From assembly GCA_963806535.1 (NCBI GenBank), contig CAWDYC010000004.1, forward strand, positions 288,001 through 352,000: a stretch of DNA of 64,000 bases. Reading direction: 5' to 3'. The position numbers were made by a program, and so were the translations under genes. The notes beneath the pieces were generated by a model, which did not search any database, was not told the origin of the DNA, and saw only the letters and a program-made list of their open reading frames with translations. The DNA comes from Candidatus Bathyarchaeota archaeon. Lineage in GTDB: Archaea > Thermoproteota > Bathyarchaeia > Bathyarchaeales > Bathycorpusculaceae. Below, one piece after another: positions 9,371 to 25,290 of the stretch (the stretch's first letter is position 1; every line of letters starts with the position of its first letter).

Positions 9371-9462
9371 TTTGTTTACATAGTTCCAGACAGAATCACA
9401 CGTTTCCACACATTTTGCCACAATTAGACACATTTCAGCACAAATCCACACAAATGCACACG
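9371..9462. repeat. Degenerate 10-bp tandem array of about 9 units, consensus near CAWWTNCACA
   Basis: cagaatcaca/cgtttccaca/cattttgcca/caattagaca/catttcagca/caaatccaca/caaatgcaca. Confidence 0.8.
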
Positions 9463-9924
9463 CAACCTGCATAGAATTTAAGCTTTGCCACAGAAAAGCA
9501 ACCTGAAGCAAACTGCTCAAAAATGGCAACGCAAGTGTTCTTCTTCTCTTAATGAAAACTTATACTGGCTATTTTTGGCAAAAAAACTTTTTCTCAAGCC
9601 GTTTTAGCCTCGCTTAACTTGGTGACTGTGTTCTTTGCTGACTTCAGTCGATTTTATCGATTGTTTTAAGTTTTGCTCTTTGCAACGGCAACAACACAAA
9701 GTTTTTTTGGTGCTTTAGCTATAGGAAAGTTTAGGCAACCTTTAATTTAGTCTGGATATGCAAGAAAAAGTTTATTAGTGGGCTATGTAGCTGTTTGTTG
9801 TGCTCTTAGAAAAGTTAACTCAAACCCTTTTTCAAATTGGATGATCCCATTATTGAAGGAGATGGAAGTTTGAAAACACTCACAAAATCACAAAAAAACA
9901 TAAAATTTATGGAGAATTGAAAAA

Positions 9925-12900
9925 TTGACCACCCTTATCCAAAAAGAAGACATCCATGATTTATTGAAGACATTTTTTCAACGAAAAAGGCCTAGTAAGG
10001 CAGCACCTTGACAGCTACAACGAATTCATCGACCACGGACTACAAGAAGTCGTTGATGAAGTCGCTGAAATCCCCATTGAAGTTCCAGAAAGCCCATACA
10101 AGGTAAAACTTGGACAAATATGGGTAATTGACCCCCAATCAAGAATAACCGGTCCATATGTAACTGAGGTTGATGGGACAAAACATGAAATTTATCCAAT
10201 GGAAGCCCGACTGAGAAACTTGGCATATTCTGCTCCCATTGCTTTGGAAATGACCCCCGTCATTGACGGAAGAGAGCAAGACACCGAACTTGTTTACATC
10301 GGCAACATTCCAGTCATGCTCAAATCAAAACTTTGTTTCTTATCTCAACTTTCTAAAGAAGAATTAATCGCTGCTGGAGAAGACCCAGACGATCAAGGAG
10401 GATACTTTGTTGTTAACGGTTCCGAACGCGTCATCGTTGCCATGGAAGACTTGGCACCTAACCGCGTAATCGTCGACATAGACGAGAAAGGAACCTCACC
10501 TGTTTTCCAAGCAAAAATCTTCTCAACAACTGTCGGCTTCAGAGCAAGAATTGAACTTAAACTAAAATCAGATGACGCAATCTACGTCACAATGCCAGGT
10601 GTTCCAACAGAAATTCCATTCGTAGTTATCATGCGTGCCTTAAGCCTGGAAAAAGACAAGGACATTGCAGAAGCCGTTTCACTTGACAGCGAAATGCAAA
10701 GCCAACTTGCAGCCTCATTTGAAAAAGCCATCGGCGTAGACACACCTTCAGACGCAATTCTCTTCATTGGAAACCGTGTTGCTCACGGACAAGTTGAAGA
10801 ATATCGTTTACAGAAAGCTGAAACCGCCCTTGACAAAAACTTCCTACCACACCTTGGAAGAAGTGAAGCAAACCGCAAAGAAAAAGCAATTTTCCTAGGC
10901 GAAATGGCTTACCGCGTTATTCAATTAAAAACTGGAAGAAGGCAACCAGACGACAAAGACCACTTCAAGAATAAACGTCTGCGCCTCGGTGGTCCACTTC
11001 TGGCAGACCTTTTCCGTGTTTCATTTAGAAACTTAACACGAGACATAAAATATCAGCTTGAACGCATAGGCGTTAAAGGCCCAATCATAACAGTTTCAGC
11101 GGCAGTTCGCCCAGGCATAATAACTGAACGTTTCCAACATGCATTAGCAACAGGCAACTGGGGAAGAGGCAGAGTCGGAATCACTCAACTCTTAGACAGA
11201 ACCAATTACATCTCAACCCTAAGCCACCTCCGAAGACTACAATCGCCATTAAGCAGAAGCCAACCTAACTTCGAAGCCAGAGACTTACACCCAACTCACT
11301 GGGGACGCCTCTGTCCAAACGAAACACCTGAAGGCTCCAACTGCGGTCTTGTCAAAAACCTCGCATTATCCGCATCCATAGCCGTCGGCGTAAATCCTGA
11401 CAAAGTAAAGCAATTGCTTTTTGAAATGGGATCTGTTCCAGCAGGAGAAGCCAGCCGCGAGCTACGTATTTCAGGAGCTAAAGTTTTCGTTGACGGAAAC
11501 ATAATTGGTTACTGCAACAACCCTCAAGACATAGTGAAGTCTTTCAGGGAGAAAAGACGAGCTGGAGAAATATCTACAGAAGCAAACATTACTTATTTCT
11601 CAAAAATGCAAACAGAAACTGAAGAAGTACATGCTAACTGTGACGAAGGCAGAGTTAGACGCCCACTCATAATCGTTGAGAATGGCGAGCCAAAACTTCA
11701 ATCTAAACACTTCGAAAAGATCGGTTTAGGCGAGTGGACTTGGGAAGACGTAGTCAAGAACGGATTAATCGAGTATTTGGACGCTGAAGAAGAAGAAAAC
11801 GCTTACATCGCCTTAACATTCGACGACAATCAACAAAGAAAACACCCATGTTGAAATAGCAACTTACACAATTCTCGGCATATGCGCCTCAACAATCCCA
11901 TATCCAGAACACAACCAGTCACCAAGAAATTCATACCAAGCAGCTATGGCTAAACAGGCTCTAGGTGTTTACGGCACAAACTTCCACCACAGAGTCGATT
12001 CACGCTCACACATCCTGCATTATCCACAAGTTCCAATGGTTGAAACAGAATTAATGGAAGTCATGGGCTACAAACAACGCCCCACAGGACAAAACTGCAT
12101 CGTTGCAGTGCTCAGCTTCGAAGGCTACAACATGGAAGACGCACTTAATCTTCAACAAAGCATCAATAGACCGAGGCCTAGCCAGATCGACATTCTACCG
12201 AATTTACGAAGCTGAATGCCGCCAATACTTAGGAGGATTAAAAGACAAATTCACCGTTCCAGAACCAGGAACCCGCGGCTACAGAGGCGAACAATACTAC
12301 AGGCTCTTGGAACCAGACGGAATAATCAGTTTAGAATCAGCAAGTTGTCGGTGGAGACGTCTTAATTGGCAGAATTAGCCCACCCAGATTCCTTGAAGAA
12401 TACAAAGAATTTGAAGTAAAAGGACCCTCAATGCGAGACACATCAGTTGACATGCGTCCCTCAGAAACAGGAACCGTAGACGGCATATTCATAACGATGT
12501 CTGGCGAAGGAAGCCAACTTGTAAAAGTGCGCGTTCGCGACCAAAGAATTCCAGAACTCGGCGACAAATTCGCTTCACGCCACGGACAAAAAGGAGTCAT
12601 CGGCTTAATCGTGCCACAAGAAGACTTACCTTTCACAGACGAAGGCATTGTACCTGACCTAATAATCAACCCACATGCTATTCCGTCAAGAATGACCATT
12701 GGCCAATTCATCGAATCACTCGCAGGAAAAGCAGCGTCGGCAAGAGGTCGACCAGCAGACGGAACCCCATTCTCAAACGAAGGACCAGACGAAATACGCA
12801 AAGCCTCGTAAAACTTGGCTATCAGCCACACTGGAAGCGAAGTTTTCTACAACGGCACTACAGGCGAAAAATTCGTTGCAGACGTTTTCGTCGGCGTAGT

Positions 12901-13297
12901 TTACTACCAGAAACTTCACCACATGGTCGCAGACAAAATACATGCCAGAGCACGCGGACAAGTTCAAATGTTAACACGCCAGCCAACTGAAGGTAGAGCC
13001 CGAGGTGGTGGTCTCAGATTCGGAGAAATGGAGCGAGACTGCTTAATTGGACACGGCGCAGCCATGCTGCTAAGAGACAGACTTCTGGAAGAATCAGACA
13101 AGTACACTCTTTACATATGCGAAAACTGTGGTCAAATCGCTTACTTTGACATGAAACAAAGACGTTATGTCTGCAGAATATGTGACGAGAAAGCAAAGAT
13201 TTCACCAGTAATCGTCTCATACGCTTTCAAGCTTCTACTGCAAGAGCTTCAAAGCTTGTGCATCACTCCAAAATTAAGATTAAAAGAGAAGGCATAA
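9925..13297 (+). CDS. rpoB: DNA-directed RNA polymerase subunit B (Rpo2, unsplit), several apparent frameshifts
   Basis: [41 protein letters not shown] across consecutive ORFs. Confidence 0.95.
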
Positions 13298-13299
13298 TC

Positions 13300-17448
<4,149 letters not shown>

Positions 17449-17465
17449 AAAATGGAGGAAAAAAA

Positions 17466-17903
17466 CTGACAACCGGCATAAAAATCACCTGCGACGAAAT
17501 GCGTTACATTGCTTTGTTTGAAAGCATAAGCGGCGCCAGCGTGAAAGACTGCATTGTTGACGAAATAGAGCAACGAGCAATATTCATCGTAAACCAAGGC
17601 CAAGTTGGCGTTGCAATAGGAAAAGGCGGCAGAAACATCCACACACTTGAACGAATGACAGGCAAAAAACACGAAATCATCGAATACAGCGAAGACCCAG
17701 TAACATTCATGAAAAACGCCCTGAAACCAGCAACAGTCAGAGAAATACGCGTCACAGAAAGAACTGATGGCAAAAAAATGGCAGTCATAACAGTCAATCC
17801 CAAAGACAAGGGCGTCGCAATAGGTAAGAACGGCAAAAACGCTGAACGTCTGCGATTTTTAGCAAAACGGTATTTCGATATTCAGAACGTAAGCATCACC
17901 TAA
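17466..17903 (+). CDS. nusA: Archaeal NusA (KH domains); possible CTG start at 17466 after GGAGG
   Basis: Two GVAIGKxGxN KH motifs; synteny with rpl30e. Confidence 0.92.
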   Translation: MTTGIKITCDEMRYIALFESISGASVKDCIVDEIEQRAIFIVNQGQVGVAIGKGGRNIHTLERMTGKKHEIIEYSEDPVTFMKNALKPATVREIRVTERTDGKKMAVITVNPKDKGVAIGKNGKNAERLRFLAKRYFDIQNVSIT

Positions 17904-18027
17904 GCAGTCCAGCAGGCTATTAGGCGATGAAACGTCACTGCTTCATCGTTTATTGTTAAACTTAAATGGCATTTAGCTTTAGCCATACTTTTGTTTAATT
18001 ATAGTTTTATCTTTGTAAACGACATGT

Positions 18028-18066
18028 TTGACTATTAGTCAAGAAATCTTTACTAAAAATAGTAAA
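18028..18066. promoter_or_regulatory. Two related palindromes TTGACTA-T-TAGTCAA and TTTACTA-AAAA-TAGTAAA (candidate operators)
   Basis: Perfect 7-bp inverted repeats upstream of the beta-propeller gene. Confidence 0.45.
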
Positions 18067-18126
18067 CAATCCTTGACGAGAACCCTTTTATCACAACCAA
18101 GATTTAGCAGCTATTGGTGAAAACGG

Positions 18127-19693
18127 GTGAAACTTAAGAGCGATATAATCGTTTTTGCTGTTTTGGCGCTGCTACTTTCTTGTTCTTTATCTTCAGGAAT
18201 TTCTCTAGGAACAGTGAAAGGCGCTACTCAAAACAACAATTTGCAGTCCAATAACGGTGCAATATCGCTGACTAATGGATCCGCTCCGGATGATTGGCCA
18301 ATGTTTCGTCATGACCTGCAGAATACAGGGGCTTCTACGTCAACACCCCCAATCAACAAATTGCTATGGCAATTTTCCACTGGTGATTTAATTTATTCAT
18401 CTCCTGTAGTCGCAAACGGTGTTGTTTACATCGGGTCAAACAATAGCTACTTTTATGCTCTAAATGCTTCGAGTGGTTCTTTAATTTGGCAAAGTTACGT
18501 GGGCAGTAATGTTGAATCATCTGCTGCTGTTGTTGATAATATTGTTTACGTTGGAATCTTATGGAACGGACACAATGGTTACGTGGATGCTTTGAATGCC
18601 ACAACTGGCTCGATAATTTGGCGATTTGCAACAAATAGCGGTATCGAGTCATCTCCCGCTGTAGTCGACGGTGTTGTTTACGTTGGTTCATACAACGGCT
18701 ATATTTACGCGCTAAATGCGACCACTGGTTTGTTAAGATGGTCGTTCCTTACTGGCGGCTCAACATATTCTTCTCCTGCAATCGTAAATGGCATTGTATA
18801 CGTAGGTTCAATCGACGGCAGAGTTTACGCCTTGAACGCAAATAACGGAGCGCAAATTTGGTACTTTCAAACAGGAAATCCTGTCTATTCATCTCCAACG
18901 ATTGTAAACAACGTCGTGTACGTTAACTCAGATAACGGAACAGTATATGCTTTGAATGCAAATGATGGCTCGAAAATTTGGCAAGCAACTATAGGCGTAG
19001 GTGACCATGCGGACGATTCGCCCGCTGTTGCTGGCGGCATTGTATACTTTGGCGCACGCAACGGCTATTATGCCTTCAACGTTACTGATGGATCGCAGAT
19101 TTGGTTCTTTACCTCGCCTTATTCGTCGCGTCAATTCACTGGCTACGTATATTCGTCCCCTGCAGTTGCGGGCAATGTTGTATATTATGGGTCATTTGAT
19201 GGCTACGTTTTCGCTTTAGATGCTTTCAATGGTTCCATGATCTGGTCATATCGTACTGGAGGATATCTTGTTTTCGTCACCTGCAGTTGTCAACGGCATT
19301 GTTTACATAGGCTCATTTGACGGAAAAGTTTATGCTTTGGGGAATTGGGCTTCGCTATTTCAAACGTCGATTCCGACCCCAACTCCTACTCCTCAAGCAA
19401 CCGCAACTCCCACAACAACTCCGACCCCAACGCTCACACCAACAGCAATACTTGTTCTCGCTAACACTTCTAAACCAATCGCAACTCCAATAATCACACA
19501 AATGCCTCAGCTCTCCCCGACGCCCATTCAAGATCCAATTCCAATAGCCACATCTGAACCGAAAGGAGAACTCATGCTCGGTGTTACTCAAAACGAAAGC
19601 GACTTCACGAGTTGGATAATATTGGGAGGAATTATCGGAACTGCTGTGGTAGCGCTGATATTCTTTATGCTAGTTTTCAGAAGAAGACCGTAA
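18127..19693 (+). CDS. Secreted PQQ-like/BamB-type beta-propeller protein with Pro/Thr linker and C-terminal TM anchor (one frameshift near 19270)
   Basis: Signal peptide, DWPMFRHD, repeated SSPAVxxGxVYxGS..YALNAxxGxxxW, PTPTP linker, TM followed by RRRP. Confidence 0.88.
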
Positions 19694-19873
19694 GTCGTCA
19701 ATGGATCAAGCGTTTTCACCAAAAAACTTTAACAAAAGCGAGGTGACTAAAACAGAAAGAAACACACTAAGTTTGAATATATTCTCATCTGCAACTCTTT
19801 TTTTCTTTTTTCATAAGGCTATTTTTATGTAAATTTTATAGGTAATGGCTGTATTTAGTTAGCAGGGGTTTGA

Positions 19874-21167
19874 ATGGCTGACTCGCACGAAGATGAAATT
19901 TACTCAACTATGTTTAGTTCGCTAAAACATCCTGTTAGGCGCAAGATTCTCCGAATGCTAGCCATGAAACCCATGACTTTCATGGAGATGGTTGAGCAAC
20001 TTGATGTTTCAACTCCTCATTTGACTTACCATCTTGAAAGTCTTGGTGAACTAATTTCTAAAATGGATAATGGACAGTATAAGTTGTCGGCTTTTGGAAT
20101 AGCTACTGTAAGTGCTATGAAGGGTGTTGAAGAAGTTCACGAACTTGAGCCGAAACGTCGTGTTGTGACTTTTAGGTGGAAAGCGGTTGTCGGAATATTG
20201 TTGGTTGCAGTATTGAGTTTTGTCTGGCATGGCTGGTCTTCAATTTATATCAATAAACCAGCTCTCGAACTCCAAACAGTCGCTTTCAATGGAAAACCAG
20301 CAGTTGTTGTCTTATGGAATGGGCGAAGATAAAGTAGCGAATTTTCTTCAAAACGTAACACAAATTGACACTACTAATTACACAATTTCTTTGCTTAGTA
20401 ACACGATGCAGTGGCGAACAGATTTCGGTGGTGTTGCTGAAGAAGTCATACAGTACTCTCTTACAAGCACCAAAAGCAACTTGAACATAGATTTTCGTTT
20501 TAGGGACAATCATTTCTCACGGTATCAGCTTGACATGATTGAAAGCTCACCAATTTTTGCTCAGATCCAACCTAACGATGTCCTACAAAACGCTAAAGGC
20601 ATACTTGCTCGCTACAAAGCTTATTCTGGTGACACATACTTAACAAACATGAGCAACCTTCTAGACACTGTTAACGCAACACAAAACATAGCTGTAGTTC
20701 AGGGTAATATGAAGCTGCAGATTACTGTTTCAGGCGGCAGTGTCACGCTTCTTTGGATGTATACGCAAGACGGTATTGACTACCAAGCCAAAGGTTTACA
20801 AATGACTTTCCAAAACAATGTCTTAACAACCATGACAGATGGCTATTTCTTATTCACCATAGGAAGCACTGACTTAGCTACTTCCAGGCAACAGGCGATA
20901 GATATTGCTCAAAACTACGTGAAAACTTTAACTTGGACCATTGAGGGTCAACAGGTTTCTCATTTCAGCGTAGAGGGTCAGCCTTTTTCCGTTCAACTTG
21001 TGCCTCATACTCGAGGTAATTCAGTAGCGTTGATTCCTTATTGGTATGTGGAAATGAGACTCACCGCCACTTATGCAGGAGGCATAAATGAAGTTACGGT
21101 TGGAATTTACGCTGACACAGGCAAAGTTTCAGATGTGCAGATGTTAAGCGGCAGTGCAGAAACATAG
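19874..21167 (+). CDS. Membrane-anchored ArsR-type wHTH regulator with extracellular domain (one frameshift near 20220)
   Basis: SLKHPVRRKILRML...HLTYHLESL, then TM, then S/T/N-rich domain. Confidence 0.75.
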
Positions 21168-21174
21168 TGAGAAA

Positions 21175-21210
21175 AGGGGTCAAAATTTTCTTTTTTTCTC
21201 AATGACCCCT
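21175..21210. terminator. Inverted repeat between convergent genes
   Basis: AGGGGTCA...TGACCCCT around a T-rich tract. Confidence 0.4.
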
Positions 21211-21246
21211 TAATTATAACTTAAAAGAAAAAAATGAAATGACAGT

Positions 21247-21881
21247 TTACTCGTTTTCTTCTTCTTGTTCTATTGGCTCTTCTTCCTCGGCTTCTTCTTT
21301 TGGTTCAGCAGTTTCTGCTTTTTGTGCATCACTCGACAAAATCATCGTTATCAAGTGCTTTCTGGTCTACTTCTGCCCTTGTTCTCCAATCCAGAAACAA
21401 CAGCCCATTATCATCTTGCCCAAGGTAGCCGTAGCGAATGTAGCGTTCAATGTTTAAGCCGATTTTCCAGTTAGGCATTTTTTCGCTGAGCAGTTTCTCA
21501 ACGTCTTTTCTTGGTGCTTGCCCTTTCTTGCTAATTATATATGAGATTGTTATGGCTAAGCCTGCTAAATCGTCAATGCGCCAACCCATCAACTTATCCT
21601 TTGTCTGCAAGTCGCCGCGCAAGAGCAACATAGAATCTTGCTTTATCAAGCTCTTCTATCGTGGGTTTTTCTGGGGTTTTTTCTTCTTCAAAAATTGTTT
21701 TAACCTGCAAATCCAGCGGTTTCAGGTAGTCATCAAGTAGATCGAGCACTTTAGGGTAGTCTGAACCTAATGCTTTGTGCAGTTCCCAGCCCTTAACTCC
21801 TGGTTTCTGATGTCGCTTGTAGAAAAGCATCTGAGTTGCCTTTTTGATTTTGCTGCCGTAAACACCTTTTTTCTTGCTCAA
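21247..21881 (-). CDS. Kite-like tandem winged-helix protein (ScpB/Nse1/Nse3-MAGE-like) with acidic tail; frameshifted
   Basis: Two WH-like halves ending YGYLGQDDNGLLFLDWRTRAEV; TTGA overlap with the upstream gene. Confidence 0.6.
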
Positions 21882-22706
21882 TCTAATTCGCCTCTTTTCC
21901 ATTTCTGCCAGTCTTCATATGAGATGGCGATTGGAACTGATGTTGACTGCTGAGTTAGTAGCTCTGTTCTGGGTTGGCTGAAAGGTTTTATGAATACCTC
22001 TTCCTCTAACCTGTCAATCTCCAGTGTTGCGTAGCCATAGGTTACAAGAAAACTTGTTAGGAATGCTCTTTGAACTGTTTGTTCATAGGTGTCAGCACCA
22101 ATAAAGTCCCAGTAATGAATTTTGCCATCTGTTCCTTTATTTGCAACACAGGCTTTCAGTTCCTGCCAGTAAATATTTAATTCGTCAGAAAATTCTTTAT
22201 CACTTAGAACACGCTGCTTTATCAATTCCTCTCTGCTTGCAAAAGCATTTGAAACCTCGATTGCTTCAAAATCTTTCCATCTTTCATTAAGAGGAGATAA
22301 CGCTTCCCAGTAAAGCAGTCCCTGTGCTAAAGTGTTAAGGCTTATTTGTTCAAACTCGATCAGTGGGTTCCAGGCTTTAAGAAATGCATTAACCATTTCT
22401 TGTTTGCCGATTTGGAGGATTTTTTCTTCCAAGAAGAAAAGGGTCAGTGTAGAGCAGAGATGATCGTTGTTTAACCCATTCGCTTTGAATTTTGATAACA
22501 GTGGCTAAATGGTGGAGCGCTTCTGCGTCAAGTCTTAACTCGTCAGGGTTTTGCCAATGAGGAAAATATTCTCTTACAACTTTGATGATTTCATCAATGT
22601 TTAATGTGAAAGGGTCAACCGTGTGGTTTTCGATGGCGATGCACATTTCAATTATGCGTTCAAGCCTTTCCTTGCCCAATGTCTTAGCATGTTTTGCTAC
22701 CTGCAT
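21878..22706 (-). CDS. Kleisin (ScpA-like); frameshift near 22430
   Basis: N-terminal VDPFTLNIDEII...LATVIKIQS; C-terminal WH TVQRAFLTSFLVTYGYATLE...EVFI. Confidence 0.7.
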
Positions 22707-24634
22707 TACGCCACAACCTCACTTACAACTGATTTTCCTTCAATATTTTGAACTGTAATCACGTTAGCGTCTTGCTGGGCAAAGGTGATTTGGCTTGGAG
22801 TGATGACGACGTATTGGACGTTTGCATCTTTAATTGTGGAAAGAAGAACTTTCGCAATCATTTCTCGGTTTTTAGGGTCCATATGAATGTCATATTCATC
22901 TACTGCTCGGAATGGGGAGCGAACGTGCTGTTGCAGTGCTAAGAGAAAACTCATGGTTGCTGTAGTTCGTTCGCCGCCACTTTGGGTGTAAGCGTCAAGA
23001 GCCACTGGTTTTCCGCCTTTGAATCCGACAAATATTTCTAAACCAGCTGTTTCAATGTCTTGAGCGTTTGAAAGTTTCACTTCGCCAGTTGCTAAAGTTT
23101 GGCTCATAATCCGCTGGTACTCCACATTTACGCGGTCAAGCAGGTTCTCCATGACTGTTCGCCATGATTGCATTCGGTTTTGACTTCTTCAAGGGTTTTC
23201 TCGCGGTTTTCAGCCACAACCTGTGCTTTCTCTTTCAGCTCCAGATAAAGTTTCGAGTAAGATTCGTATTGGCGTTCGATGTCTTCTGAAACATTTACAA
23301 GTGCTGCTAAATGGCCGTCTGTTAAGCGGATTTCGTCTTGGATGTCAGGAGCGCTTTTTAAAACTGCGATTCTTTCACCGGACAGCCATTGCTTTTTGAG
23401 TTGTTGCCGTCAGATTTTCTTGTGCTTCTTTCAGCGATTTCTCAATATCTTTTATGGTCAACGATGGCGTTTGCCCGCTTATACTCAAGCATGGCAAGAA
23501 TTACACTGTTTATCCAACACTTCGTCTGTAACCTTGTCAGATGAATCTTCCAAGTTGAGCATTTTTGCTTGATTTTCTTTAATTTGCTCGTTTGTTTTGG
23601 AAACTTGTTGCTCTGAATTTTTGAGCATTTCTTTGAGGTTTTCAGTTCTGAAGAGTTTAAGTTGGTTTTTGCTGCCTTGAATTGCCTGCTGTAAAACCTC
23701 TGCTTCTTCAAGCAATTGTCCAATGAGTGATTGTATTGATTGGTTTTGTGCGATTTCATTTTCAAGATTTAGGCGTTCATCAAAAGCTGTTCGGGTTTCT
23801 TTTTTGAGTGTTTCCCGCTCATTTTGTTGACTGTTCAGCTTGTTGGTTACGGCTATTTTTTCCTCTTCAATTTTGCGTCAGTGCATCTTGGTTTTTGTTT
23901 AGGTTGGCTTGTAAGCCTTTAACTATGGTTTCGCGTTTTTCAACTTCTGCCCAAGATAGTTCACGTTCTAAAAATCGACGTTTAATCTGAAGTTGCTTTT
24001 TCTCTTGGTATTTTTCGTATTGTTCACGCCAATAGTTGAGGGTTTGCTGGGCTTGCTCTAAAAGTTTGCCGACGGATTCTTCTTGCGTTAGAATGCGCAT
24101 TAATTTTGTTTTTGCTTGCAGGACGTTTTCGCGGAAAGGTTCTAAGCCGACAGCTGCTTCAACAATGCGCAGTTTTTCTATGTTGCTAAGAACAGTGAAT
24201 TGTTCAACCATGTTTTGATGCATGATAATTAGCATGTTGTCTGGGTCAACGCCGAACCTGCCAAGTAACCGTTCAACATCCTGTTTGCCGACGGCTCGGT
24301 TTTCCAGTTCAAACCCATATTTGCCGTCTCGGCGCAATACCCGAGTTAGGAAAAGTTGGTCTTTTGAGTATTTTGGTACTGGACGTTTGTTTCCCTGTTT
24401 GCTGTTGTCTAAAATTAGTGTTACTCTTGCTTGGTCATGTCCCCATCGGATTAAATCGCTGAGTTTCCTTGAGCGTTCCGTGTATGATTGACCTAAACCG
24501 ACGGAAATGGCTAAAAGCAAAGAGGATTTTCCTGCGCCGTTAGGTCCACCAATTACGTTTACGCCTTGCTTAAACGGCACTCTAGCGTATTCATAACTCA
24601 TGAAATTTTCAAGTATAACCTCTTGAATTAACAT
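22706..24634 (-). CDS. Short (~640 aa) SMC-family ATPase, SMC5/6-like or coalescin-like; multiple frameshifts
   Basis: LENFMSY, GPNGAGKSS, Q-loop MHQN, coiled coil, QSGGERTTATMSFLLALQ, PFRAVDEYDIHMDPKNR, QYVVITP. Confidence 0.85.
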
Positions 24635-24859
24635 TAAAGCTTTCTTAGCCTCTAAATTTAGCGTTCGTAACTAATGGAAAAACGTCTTATTAAAACAATT
24701 TGACATGTTTGTGCAGATTAATCCTGTAAATTTGAGTGATTGAATCATTTTCTTTAATGCATTTTTTAATTTAAACAACGCTTGCTTATTGAGTTAGCCT
24801 TTAGATTTGGATGAAAAAAATGCAGGAGATTGAGAGAATAGAGCTGATAGCTATTAATA

Positions 24860-25237
24860 TTATTTTTTTAGGAAAACAAATTTTGGCGCGCCGCCTACTT
24901 CCATGCCTTTAACCTCGCCTTCTGCTGGGAATACTGCTGAAAATATTTGGTAGTTGTCTATTTTTGCAGGTCCTTTAAGTGAGTCTTTTACTTTTTCTTT
25001 GGCGTGGGAAAACACTGCTTTTTCAGAAGCTTTTAGAGATTCTTCGTCTTGCCATAATGTTAAGATTGTTACTAAATTTGGGTCGTCATGGGAAAGTAAT
25101 GAAATGTAACCGCGAAATCCACTTGAATTCCGTGTCTCAGTGTTTAGAATATGATCGAGTTCTAAAAAAGCATCTTCTCTTTTACCTTTTTTAAAGTGCC
25201 ATAAAGACATTCTCACTAAAACCAAATTATTCACCAA
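24860..25237 (-). CDS. Antibiotic biosynthesis monooxygenase (ABM)-like protein
   Basis: SGFRGYISL...TILTLWQDEESLKA dimeric barrel pattern. Confidence 0.7.
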   Translation of the reverse strand: MVNNLVLVRMSLWHFKKGKREDAFLELDHILNTETRNSSGFRGYISLLSHDDPNLVTILTLWQDEESLKASEKAVFSHAKEKVKDSLKGPAKIDNYQIFSAVFPAEGEVKGMEVGGAPKFVFLKK

Positions 25238-25290
25238 GAAATATTTTGTATTTCGCCTAATTTATAGTTTAAACTAAGGTTGCGGGATAG

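Noticed and set aside
19370-19560. Repetitive ACTCC/ACCCC tracts, also at 51190-51360
   Set aside because: They encode Pro/Thr/Ser linkers of surface proteins.
23485-23520. CNSC as a Rad50-like zinc hook in the SMC protein
   Set aside because: It lies just before a stop in an out-of-frame tail after an apparent +1 insertion; the coiled-coil frame continues as NSVILAMLEYK.
21247-24634. Wadjet/JetABCD or MksBEFG system
   Set aside because: No Toprim nuclease gene is adjacent, the SMC is too short and comes first in the operon, and the head motifs are Smc5/6-like.
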